DNA from: a virus
Taxonomy: Duplodnaviria > Caudoviricetes
DNA: 40,188 nt
Reading direction: 5' to 3' (one strand)
Virus record (IMG/VR): IMGVR_UViG_3300032232_000455
Span: 1 to 40,188 of that record
Under the pieces are notes generated by a model, which searched no databases, had not been told where the DNA came from, and saw only the letters and a list, made by a program, of their open reading frames with translations. A program made the position numbers and the translations under genes. Below are positions 1 to 7,552 of this stretch, in pieces. How positions within the stretch are numbered: position 1 is the stretch's first letter; each line of letters begins with the position of its first letter.

Positions 1-123
1 ACACCACGACCTGTAACGATTGAAGCATCAATGTTACCTGTACGAGATTCAGGATAACGAGAGCCTAAACGCAACTCTCCTTCAAGAACCTGTTGCTGTG
101 CAAAAGCACCTGCTGGTATCTCA
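1..123. repeat. Terminal direct repeat (circular-assembly overlap), copy 1
   Basis: 1..123 is identical to 40066..40188 and lies inside the portal ORF, which stays in frame across the join. Confidence 0.97.
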
Positions 124-1040
124 AGTGGAATTCTTCGGACATCTTGAGGTCGTTCTGTACGAATAATAGCATCTGGTCCAAGAGCAATGTCTGAGACATC
201 TCGTGGTGCGACCATTGGTGCTTGAACTGCTTTAGTTGCTGCTTCAAGTGAGAGAAGTGCATAGCGTGCCTTTGCTACTTGGATTGGCAATACATCATCG
301 AATTGACCACGAGCCTGTGAGTCAAGTGATGGGCGCATAACAACGCGGACCATACATTCGCCAATAGGATTTTTAGCACGGTCAATAACAAGGTTATTGC
401 GTGTTGGTACAAATAAAACATCTTGGTCTTTGTCGTGGTAACGCACAACTTCTAACAAAGATGTCATTGAGTTGTGCTCATCCTTGTCGTACAAGATGTG
501 AGCGTACTCTGGATAAAGAGCCATTAGTTCAGATACTGGCTTCATTGTGCGCTGATAGAGAGCGTTAACATTTCCAAAGCGGTCAATGATTGGATAAGAA
601 CCAACTGCTTCTAAGAAACGGATGCGTGGCATCTTTGCTTCTAAATCAAACTCTACTTGTGCTGGAACAAAACCATAACTAATATAGCGGTCAGCGGCTG
701 TAAACATTTGACTTTGCAAATCAGAAAAGTCAACATAAGAGTTAACAATTTCTTCGCGCTTATCTGCTTTCTTACGAGCAGTTTCTGACACCATTGTAGG
801 TGAGTTGCAGTTAAATGCTGGTAGTGGAGCAATTACTTCTGATAAATCGCGTGCTGCAATGTCCACCATATTTGCCACGATAGGATTTTCAAAAGGACCA
901 TCGGGGAAAAGGTCTGGGTAAACATCACGCATGCGACCTTTACGGACAAGCAGCACTGCTTCCATGCGGCTGTCTCGCTCGGCGAATTGCTGGCGGTAGC
1001 GGTCATAGTTATCTTTAATATCATCTAAAGATAGAGCCAC
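1..1040 (-). CDS. Portal protein, N-terminal part (continues across the origin into 40065..39276; ~609 aa total)
   Basis: GTG at 1040 with GGAGG RBS; my translation (MALSLDDIKDNYDRYRQQF...) is in the same frame as ORF 39276..40139; directly downstream of terminase. Confidence 0.85.
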   Translation of the reverse strand, partial: MALSLDDIKDNYDRYRQQFAERDSRMEAVLLVRKGRMRDVYPDLFPDGPFENPIVANMVDIAARDLSEVIAPLPAFNCNSPTMVSETARKKADKREEIVNSYVDFSDLQSQMFTAADRYISYGFVPAQVEFDLEAKMPRIRFLEAVGSYPIIDRFGNVNALYQRTMKPVSELMALYPEYAHILYDKDEHNSMTSLLEVVRYHDKDQDVLFVPTRNNLVIDRAKNPIGECMVRVVMRPSLDSQARGQFDDVLPIQVAKARYALLSLEAATKAVQAPMVAPRDVSDIALGPDAIIRTERPQDVRRIPLEIPAGAFAQQQVLEGELRLGSRYPESRTGNIDASIVTGRG

Positions 1041-1054
1041 ATTCGCCTCCTGTT

Positions 1055-2914
1055 CTATGCGTATAGTTCGTCAAGATTGACGGTGTATTGTTTTGAGCGG
1101 TCATACGGCGTATGAAACATGCCCATTCTGTTATGGTTTTTAGCAAAGTTAGTTGCACTTGCCAAGCGGTCACGACATCCAAGTTCTGCGAACCAAAACG
1201 CCATGACGGTATCTGTCTTTTGTGACTTAGGTGAGTCTGGATACCATGTCACAAGTTGTTCAATGAGAGCCTTAAGACCCTCAGAAGAATGTGTTGAAGG
1301 GAACTCAATAAGAGCATTGCCTTCATCCCATCCATAAAACAAAGTTGTTAGAGATGCAACACCAAAGTCTGAGTCCCATTTGTTTTGACCAGTATGGTGT
1401 TCGCGCAACATAGAACCACTGCGAGTTAAGAACTCACGGACTTCTCTATCTTGCGTAAGCATCGTTTGAAATGCGTTCTTCTCAACACGCCACTCAGTAA
1501 CTCTGTAGCGTTCAGTCCAGTCTTTAATTAAATTACGAATATCATCTGGTTTCATCCCCGCAACATTGGAGACATCCAGCAAGTAACGCTTCTGCGTAGA
1601 AACATCCAAGCCAAGAACCACAGCGGCGGTATAACCAGAGCCAGCGGGGTCAAGACCAGCAACCACAATAAGCCCGTCCATACCATTAGGTCGAACGCCA
1701 TGCTTACCTTTCGGGATAATCCCAATATTGCGAGCACCGTTAATAACGCCTTTGATAGCATCTGATGGGAAAGCAGAATCTTCGTGAACCTGTTGCTGTT
1801 GGTAGACCATAGCCCACAAGTTTGGGGACATACGACTTCGCTTTTTATGCAGCGCTGGACCTGTCCACTTGTCGTAGAGTCCGTTCTCATCAGGTACACC
1901 ATTGCCAGATATGGGAGGCATGTTGGTCTTAGCCCAGAGCGTAACCCAGTCTTTCGAGTCATCTGCGAACTCCAATACGGCAGGTTGGGCAAAGTATGTC
2001 CAAGGGGATGTCTCGTCTGGATAGCGCATAGGGTCACGCAATTCGGAATATAAATCTCGTGGGCGTAGTCGAGTACCTACAACCAGTAGCCGTCCGCCGT
2101 CATTGTCAATACGAGACATAACTTCTGATTGAATCCAGTCAATTTGCTTCTCGTACTCATGAGCGTTGGTGTGGTCAACACAGTCGTCCATAATGATTAA
2201 GTCGGCACGGGCACCATAGATATGACCACGAATACCCACAGCCTGAACTGTAGGGTCCTTTTCTCCAGAGTCACGAGACTCGGAGGATAGGTAAATAAGG
2301 TCCTGCTTCCACGAATCGGAATTTTTTTCATATCCCCCTGGCGGACCAAAGGTTAGTTGTAAATCCTGATAACGAGGATGGGTTAGACGATTCTTGATAG
2401 AAAGCAGGAATTTCTGTGCCATAGCCTGTGTCTTAGACACAATCATTATTCTGATATTAGGGTTCTGGCAAATCCGATATACCGCATAGTTTACTGTAAT
2501 GGTTGTAGACTTAGCGTGTTCTGGTGGGGTGTTGACTATGATTAGGTCAGATGACCCAGGTTCATAGGAGATGGATGGATGTACATCCTCAGGTTCTCGA
2601 CCCTCTAGTAAATCAATCCAGTGCTTTTGATGGGGGAATACTTGGACCCCTAAAAATTTTTCTGAAAACTCTGGGAAGGGTGGTACTTCCCCTCGTGGCG
2701 AGCCGACCTCACCCCGTGCTGTTAGCGAGCGAATCTTGTCAATGGCTAAGGCAAATTGTTCATCAGTCTTTCGGTAGTACTCATAGGTCTTAACACTTCT
2801 ACCTACGGCATCCATCGCCTTTTGGACAGAGTACCCCTGCATTAGGAAGTCAATAACTTGCTTTTTAATAGCATCGCTTTTATGCGAAGCAGAGGTTGTT
2901 CTCTTTCTTTCCAT
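1055..2914 (-). CDS. terL: Terminase large subunit with N-terminal HTH-like extension
   Basis: Walker A variant PPEHAKST, GARADLIIMDD Walker B, VVGTR coupling motif, GLDPA RNase-H-like nuclease motif and C-terminal D(T)VMA; ATG 2914 with GGAG RBS. Confidence 0.92.
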   Translation of the reverse strand: MERKRTTSASHKSDAIKKQVIDFLMQGYSVQKAMDAVGRSVKTYEYYRKTDEQFALAIDKIRSLTARGEVGSPRGEVPPFPEFSEKFLGVQVFPHQKHWIDLLEGREPEDVHPSISYEPGSSDLIIVNTPPEHAKSTTITVNYAVYRICQNPNIRIMIVSKTQAMAQKFLLSIKNRLTHPRYQDLQLTFGPPGGYEKNSDSWKQDLIYLSSESRDSGEKDPTVQAVGIRGHIYGARADLIIMDDCVDHTNAHEYEKQIDWIQSEVMSRIDNDGGRLLVVGTRLRPRDLYSELRDPMRYPDETSPWTYFAQPAVLEFADDSKDWVTLWAKTNMPPISGNGVPDENGLYDKWTGPALHKKRSRMSPNLWAMVYQQQQVHEDSAFPSDAIKGVINGARNIGIIPKGKHGVRPNGMDGLIVVAGLDPAGSGYTAAVVLGLDVSTQKRYLLDVSNVAGMKPDDIRNLIKDWTERYRVTEWRVEKNAFQTMLTQDREVREFLTRSGSMLREHHTGQNKWDSDFGVASLTTLFYGWDEGNALIEFPSTHSSEGLKALIEQLVTWYPDSPKSQKTDTVMAFWFAELGCRDRLASATNFAKNHNRMGMFHTPYDRSKQYTVNLDELYA

Positions 2915-3064
2915 AGCATGCTCCAAAACCATTTGTGGTGAGTTTTGGGGCAAACTCTAACCGAAGGCGAAGTCTAAACGAAGCCGAAGGTTAGGGCTTC
3001 ATTTAGGGTGCGCCCCTGGAGGGCGCTGTTGCTTAGCAGAGAGGCTTCGATATTTTCGCCTCTC

Positions 3065-3102
3065 ACTATACTATAGGTGTCCAGAAGGACACTATTGGAC
3101 AC
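3065..3102 (-). promoter_or_regulatory. Putative terminase/late promoter (-10 TATAGT) with three GACAC/GTGTC boxes
   Basis: Minus-strand TATAGT twice (3075-3070, 3070-3065) upstream of a hairpin-rich leader; GTGTC 3077, GACAC 3088 and 3098. Confidence 0.45.
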
Positions 3103-3111
3103 TTTATAGCG

Positions 3112-3127
3112 TGTGATTCTCATCACA
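3112..3127. promoter_or_regulatory. CRP/GlxR-type binding site
   Basis: Perfect TGTGA-N6-TCACA (TGTGAttctcaTCACA) in the intergenic control region. Confidence 0.55.
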
Positions 3128-3437
3128 CCCTTGCTTAAGGGTAAAAGTGCAGGTCAGACCCCCACCACTATCAAATTTATGTGGGTAGAGATATACCGAT
3201 ACCGATACCAGCAGTTTAATAACCCTGGGGTGATAACTCACCCACTAGCAATGCTTGCTGTTTAAACAGTTAAGCACCTGCTTGCAAGGCTATGCATGCA
3301 GGCTTGGCTAGGACAAGGCAGGGCTAGGGCAGGCGAAGGCGCTGACTCTGTATAGCCTCGCGCTCTTTCATAGGATTCGCGCTCCCCCCCCAGCATGCAG
3401 GCTTGAGCATAAGTAGTTGAAAGTTCAACCATCGCCA

Positions 3438-3564
3438 TAAGTTACTGGCTAGTAAGTCGCTAAAGTCAGTTGTTTAACGACACTTTAGAGTTATGCCGAT
3501 ACAGTAAGAAACGAATTATCAGTGTATAGCACTGACTTTAGCCTTGTTACCACTCAGTAACTTA
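3438..3564. repeat. Long imperfect inverted repeat (33/34-bp arms, 60-bp spacer)
   Basis: TAAGTTACTG-N4-GTAA-N3/4-GCTAAAGTCAGT at 3438-3470 and its reverse complement at 3531-3564. Confidence 0.85.
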
Positions 3565-3691
3565 CGACTGTTTAAACTTTGGCTGTTCGCTGTTGGCTGT
3601 TTTTGCCCTCGATTTAGCCCTCAATCGGCTCGTGTCGCAAAAAAGTTTTATGCGTAGCGACCTGCGGTTTTATCTTTTTGGGCTGTATCTG

Positions 3692-3721
3692 TTGACACGA
3701 GTTTAAACAGGCGCGTATCTT
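3692..3721 (+). promoter_or_regulatory. Sigma-70/SigA-type early promoter with GTTTAAAC in the spacer
   Basis: TTGACA (3692-3697), 18 bp, TATCTT (3716-3721), then a 5' hairpin (tgtcgg/ccgaca) and the first early gene. Confidence 0.65.
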
Positions 3722-3762
3722 TCTCCTTGTCGGTTCAACCCCCGACAGACTGGATGCACCAA

Positions 3763-4296
3763 ATGCCTGTACTCAACCGCGAACAGTGGCTGGCAAGCCT
3801 TGCCATTGCTGTCCGCCCTCACATTGCTTCAATCATCCAAAACGGAGGCGATGAGGAATCTGCAATTCGCCTTTCTTGTGGCTTCCCTCCAAAATCAGGG
3901 CGCAAGGCTGTTTCAGCCTCAATCGTCCCTCCAACAGCATCAGCCGACTTTACAGCCGAGATTTTTGTGGCTCCGACTGTTGACGATGCCGAAACTGTTG
4001 CTCGCCTAATTCTGCCATTGCTCAAAATTGCTCAATCAGGCAACTGGCGCTCAGCCTCGGCTTCTGTTGCCGAACCTTTACAGACATTGCCCTCATGGAT
4101 TGAGCCAATTTTGGCTCGCCTTGGTGCATACCCTCATGCAAAAATCGAATTGACCGAGGCTCCAAAACAATCAACTCGCCTCATCAAGGTTGCCTGTTTA
4201 AACGACAACTACATTGCCCGAGTTTCTCGCTCAACCCTTGTGAATCTCGGCGCTCCAATCTGCCCTGCATGCCAACAATCACTAGTGGAGGCTTAA
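3763..4296 (+). CDS. SprT-like metalloprotease homologue, apparently lacking HExxH
   Basis: REQWL, RLSCGFP, EIFVAP, LGAYPHA, KQSTRLIK and C-terminal CPAC resemble phage SprT-like proteins; ATG 3763 preferred over TTG 3727. Confidence 0.55.
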   Translation: MPVLNREQWLASLAIAVRPHIASIIQNGGDEESAIRLSCGFPPKSGRKAVSASIVPPTASADFTAEIFVAPTVDDAETVARLILPLLKIAQSGNWRSASASVAEPLQTLPSWIEPILARLGAYPHAKIELTEAPKQSTRLIKVACLNDNYIARVSRSTLVNLGAPICPACQQSLVEA

Positions 4297-4300
4297 TCAA

Positions 4301-5074
4301 ATGTCACAATTCACTTACGGACTCGAGTTCGAGGTCAACGGAATCTCACCCTCTACGGCTTCAACTGTCCTCACTCAGGGCGGAATCAACTGTCTCGCCC
4401 CTCGAAATCAGCATGTGCTTTCAACCGAGTGGACAGCCGTTTATGACGGCTCAATCCAAGGAGCGGAAGTAGTTTCTCCAATCCTCAACGATGCCCGTTT
4501 AAACGAGGCTTCAACTGTTGCCCGCTTGCTTTTAAATGCAGGCGCAAAGGTTGACCGCTCAACTGGTTACCATGTCCACATTGGTTTCGATAGTTTTGGC
4601 GATACGCTCAACGACCGCTTCAACGCGCTTGCCAACTTCTACATCAACTGGCACACCGCTCACGAAACAATCGGCACCTTGGTTGCTCCAAGCCGTTTAA
4701 ACAACCGCTTCTGCAAGGTTCGCACTATTGCCGAGGCTCACGAGACAGCCGAGCAAATCCGAGCAGGTCGAATCGGAATCGGTGACCGCTATGTATCTCT
4801 CAATCTCGAGTCTTTTGACCGCCATGGCACAATCGAGGTTCGCCTACACCAAGGCACCTTGAATGGTCGCAAGGCTGTTGCTTGGGCAGAGTTCATTGCA
4901 GGACTCATTGACTACAGCAAGGCAAACAATCTGCTCGGAGCAACCTACTCACGAACAGACATCCGTTTAAACAACATCCAAACCCTGCTCGATGAAGTCG
5001 CACAAGACAACCTCGACATCCGAACAGCGGAATACCTCAAGCAACGCGCCTTGAGCCTACAAGGTCAGGCGTAA
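4301..5074 (+). CDS. Putative amidoligase (COOH-NH2 ligase, glutamine-synthetase-like fold)
   Basis: Motifs YGLEFE, DGSI, EVVSPIL, STGYHVH, RYVSLN, TIEVRLHQGTLN; GGAGG RBS. Confidence 0.88.
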   Translation: MSQFTYGLEFEVNGISPSTASTVLTQGGINCLAPRNQHVLSTEWTAVYDGSIQGAEVVSPILNDARLNEASTVARLLLNAGAKVDRSTGYHVHIGFDSFGDTLNDRFNALANFYINWHTAHETIGTLVAPSRLNNRFCKVRTIAEAHETAEQIRAGRIGIGDRYVSLNLESFDRHGTIEVRLHQGTLNGRKAVAWAEFIAGLIDYSKANNLLGATYSRTDIRLNNIQTLLDEVAQDNLDIRTAEYLKQRALSLQGQA

Positions 5075-5081
5075 GCCGACA

Positions 5082-5130
5082 GCCTGCCCCAAGTGGGCAA
5101 GCGAGGGAGCGTTACCCTCGGCAGGCACAA
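5082..5130 (+). ncRNA. tRNA-like minihelix (7-bp acceptor-like stem + 5-bp T-like stem with 7-nt loop); not a tRNA
   Basis: GCCTGCC/GGCAGGC and GAGGG-agcgtta-CCCTC followed by ACAA; intergenic. Confidence 0.45.
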
Positions 5131-5177
5131 ACAGATACGAGAGAGTCTCGTACTGTTTAAACAGATAGGACTGGAAA

Positions 5178-5333
5178 ATGAAAATCGAATACGCAATCTT
5201 TCAAGGTAGCCGTTGCATTGGTGTAAATCTTTTTGCATCAAGCATGAAAGAAATTAACAAGGCAATCGCCGAGTTAAATGTGGGCGAGTTAAAATTCACA
5301 GCACGCATCATAGCAATCAAGGCTGGTGTTTAA
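5178..5333 (+). CDS. Hypothetical protein (51 aa, MKIEYAIFQG...KAGV)
   Basis: Own translation; preceded by GGACTGGAA; stop codon lies inside GTTTAAAC. Confidence 0.7.
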   Translation: MKIEYAIFQGSRCIGVNLFASSMKEINKAIAELNVGELKFTARIIAIKAGV

Positions 5334-5335
5334 AC

Positions 5336-5425
5336 ATGGACATCTCAATCTTCGATGGTCGCTCGTTTCTCATCATTGGAATCATCGCCCTAACATGGGC
5401 ATGGTATTGGCTCGGCAATGAATAA
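5336..5425 (+). CDS. Small membrane peptide (29 aa, MDISIFDGRSFLIIGIIALTWAWYWLGNE)
   Basis: Own translation; coupled to both neighbours; one hydrophobic helix. Confidence 0.6.
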   Translation: MDISIFDGRSFLIIGIIALTWAWYWLGNE

Positions 5426-5603
5426 CGAATTGTTATACATCGTTGAGGGTGTAGACCCGAGCGGACGAAAGTTCGCTGGGGTTTACCCAAAGTCAGATGC
5501 GGATTACCTCGTTGCAAGTGACTGTTTAAACAAGGTTATTGGAACGCTCACCAATCGTGATACACTTAACTCATTAACGCCTAACAGACTGGAGAATAAA
5601 TAA
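5418..5603 (+). CDS. Hypothetical protein
   Basis: Overlaps the upstream stop and abuts the GATase start. Confidence 0.55.
   Translation: MNNELLYIVEGVDPSGRKFAGVYPKSDADYLVASDCLNKVIGTLTNRDTLNSLTPNRLENK
5539..5566 (+). promoter_or_regulatory. Putative internal promoter for the GATase gene
   Basis: TTGGAA, 16 bp, extended -10 TGaTACACT. Confidence 0.45.
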
Positions 5604-6410
5604 ATGTGTGGAATCGCAGGCTTCTGCCTTAACCCAAAGCATCATGTCAATACAACAGAGTTAGCATCGCAGATGCTTCTCGACATCGAACATCGTGGCT
5701 ATCACGCCACTGGTGTGGCATGGATTAACAAAGAGGGACGGCGTGCCATTACTAAGGCACCAATCTCGGCTTCTAAGTTCATTGCTACCAAGGCTGGTCA
5801 GAGTGTGTGCAAGGATGCAACAACAGCAATCCTGCATACACGCTGGGCAACTCAAGGTTCACCAACTGTAAACGATAACAACCACCCAATTCCTCGTGGC
5901 AAAATCGTACTCACTCACAACGGACACATCGCCAACGATGACCAACTGTTTAAACAACTCAAGGTCGGGCGCATCGGACAGGTAGACTCAGAGGCAGTCG
6001 CAGCATTGCTTGCCTTTACTCAGGGTCAACATCCTGCCGAGGTATTAACACGCATCCAAGGCAGTGCAGCATTGGCTTGGATTACACAAGACCAAGGCGA
6101 CACCTTGCACCTTGCTCGTGTATCCAACAGCCCACTGTGGATTGGTCAGACCTTGACTGGTTCACTGGTTTATGGTTCAACAGAGGAGACAATCGAGAAC
6201 GCAGGCATCATGCTCGGTTCGGATTTAGACTGGTCATACTCAGCAGAGGAAGGCGAGTACTTCAAGGTTAAGAACGGAAAGATTATTGAACATCAAAAGT
6301 TCAAGCCTTACCGCTCATCAGTCAGTCATGACTGGCGCAAGTATGCAATGGGAAAGTATGAGGATGAGTTAACCGAGCATGCAAGTTACTATGACTCGCA
6401 CTTATTCTAA
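5604..6410 (+). CDS. Class II (Ntn) glutamine amidotransferase
   Basis: N-terminal MCGIAG, HRG, HTRWATQG, NNHP, HNGHI and VDSE motifs. Confidence 0.92.
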   Translation: MCGIAGFCLNPKHHVNTTELASQMLLDIEHRGYHATGVAWINKEGRRAITKAPISASKFIATKAGQSVCKDATTAILHTRWATQGSPTVNDNNHPIPRGKIVLTHNGHIANDDQLFKQLKVGRIGQVDSEAVAALLAFTQGQHPAEVLTRIQGSAALAWITQDQGDTLHLARVSNSPLWIGQTLTGSLVYGSTEETIENAGIMLGSDLDWSYSAEEGEYFKVKNGKIIEHQKFKPYRSSVSHDWRKYAMGKYEDELTEHASYYDSHLF

Positions 6411-6423
6411 ACAATAAGAGACT

Positions 6424-6452
6424 AGCCCCTGCTTCGGCAGGGGTTTTTCTTT
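6424..6452 (+). terminator. Rho-independent terminator
   Basis: gcccctgc-TTCG-gcaggggt followed by a T-tract. Confidence 0.9.
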
Positions 6453-6479
6453 TGCCTTAGCACTCGCATCCAGAGACTG

Positions 6480-6780
6480 CTAATTGCATAGTGTTTAAAC
6501 ACATAAAAAGTTGACACCCGATTAACTACTATGGTTGTTAAATGTTTAAACAGTGCAGGAAATTACTCCAGGAAATCTGGTGCTGCATGCTGTTTAAACA
6601 AGGGTACTTGACACGGATGGTAAGGTAGGTTTTACCGCAGGTAAAACTAAAAGATAGATGCGGTTATGTTTAAACAAAAAAATAATTTAAAAAAGTTTTG
6701 GAATGTACTTGACACGCATTGCATACAGTATGAGATGATTCTTTTTGTAAGCAACCTTGCTTACCAAATAGATTGGAAAC
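6480..6780 (+). promoter_or_regulatory. Second early control region: 4x GTTTAAAC, 3x TTGACAC, 5' hairpin and GATTGGAA
   Basis: GTTTAAAC at 6493, 6544, 6592, 6668; TTGACAC at 6511, 6608, 6709; gtaagc/gcttac hairpin ~6747-6764. Confidence 0.6.
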
Positions 6781-6789
6781 TAGATTCAA

Positions 6790-6951
6790 ATGTTAACTTC
6801 AACAGACTTATTCGCTATCGTGATTCTGCTATTCGTATTGGTAGGAACACTCATCGCACTCATCGTAGGCAACCACGCACTCAACAACGACAACAAGAAC
6901 CTACGCAGAACAATTAAAATCTTGAAGGATGCACAGAAGGTGAGCAAGTAA
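6790..6951 (+). CDS. Small membrane protein (53 aa; TM helix + basic coiled tail)
   Basis: Own translation MLTSTDLFAIVILLFVLVGTLIALIVGNH...; stop abuts the next ATG. Confidence 0.7.
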   Translation: MLTSTDLFAIVILLFVLVGTLIALIVGNHALNNDNKNLRRTIKILKDAQKVSK

Positions 6952-7143
6952 ATGGCAGCATCAGTACATCAGAAGGCACAGGGCTTGGCAGTCAGGTACC
7001 TATGTCACAAGTATCATGAGGAGTACACAGCAAAGTATCGTGAATTCGTAATCGAAATGGGTGGCAAGGTGCATCCAACAAATGCCGAGCGCATCAAGAA
7101 CCTCAAAGCACAGATTGCAAAACTAGAAAGCGAGGGTGTTTAA
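6952..7143 (+). CDS. Hypothetical protein
   Basis: ORF track; tightly coupled with neighbours. Confidence 0.75.
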   Translation: MAASVHQKAQGLAVRYLCHKYHEEYTAKYREFVIEMGGKVHPTNAERIKNLKAQIAKLESEGV

Positions 7144-7145
7144 AC

Positions 7146-7400
7146 ATGTTAGCAACTAAAACTTACCAAGGCTGGGCAAACTATAAGACATGGAATGTGG
7201 CACTCATAATTAACAACGAGTACAAACTGTACTTATCAGCCTGTGATTTCATGAAACTATACAAGGGTGCTACCCCATACAAGTCTTGGGTTGAGCATGC
7301 TGGATTAAAAGATAAAGAAACTATTGACAGCGTGCCATTCATTGACGATAAACTATCTTACGCAGAACTAAATCAAATGATGAAGGGGCTGAACTCATGA
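7146..7400 (+). CDS. Conserved phage hypothetical protein (Y.GW.NY.TWNVAL family)
   Basis: Motif YQGWANYKTWNVAL resembles a recurrent small phage protein family. Confidence 0.75.
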   Translation: MLATKTYQGWANYKTWNVALIINNEYKLYLSACDFMKLYKGATPYKSWVEHAGLKDKETIDSVPFIDDKLSYAELNQMMKGLNS

Positions 7401-7552
7401 CACTGCTATGGAAAGCCGAGGTTACATCCGAGATGGTTGCACATCTTAGTGAGGAGAAAAAGGTGGAACTGTTCAGAGATTTATCAGAGGCTGTTGATGC
7501 GATTGGTGCAAAGGCAGAGGTGGGCAGGGAGTTTAAACATGACACCAACTAA
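7397..7552 (+). CDS. Hypothetical protein (51 aa, MTLLWKAEVTSEM...)
   Basis: Own translation; ATGA overlap with the upstream stop. Confidence 0.65.
   Translation: MTLLWKAEVTSEMVAHLSEEKKVELFRDLSEAVDAIGAKAEVGREFKHDTN

Noticed and set aside
5082-5130. Canonical tRNA gene
   Set aside because: No D or anticodon arm, no TTC T-loop and only ~46 nt; kept only as a tRNA-like element
6493-6675. GTTTAAAC cluster as a mini-CRISPR array
   Set aside because: The shared unit is only 8-10 bp, spacing is irregular (51, 48, 76), and the same motif is scattered through coding regions
6666-6917. 83-aa ORF from the track
   Set aside because: It overlaps the promoter cluster; the alternative frame 6790..6951 has a coherent TM protein, the leader motif and stop-start coupling
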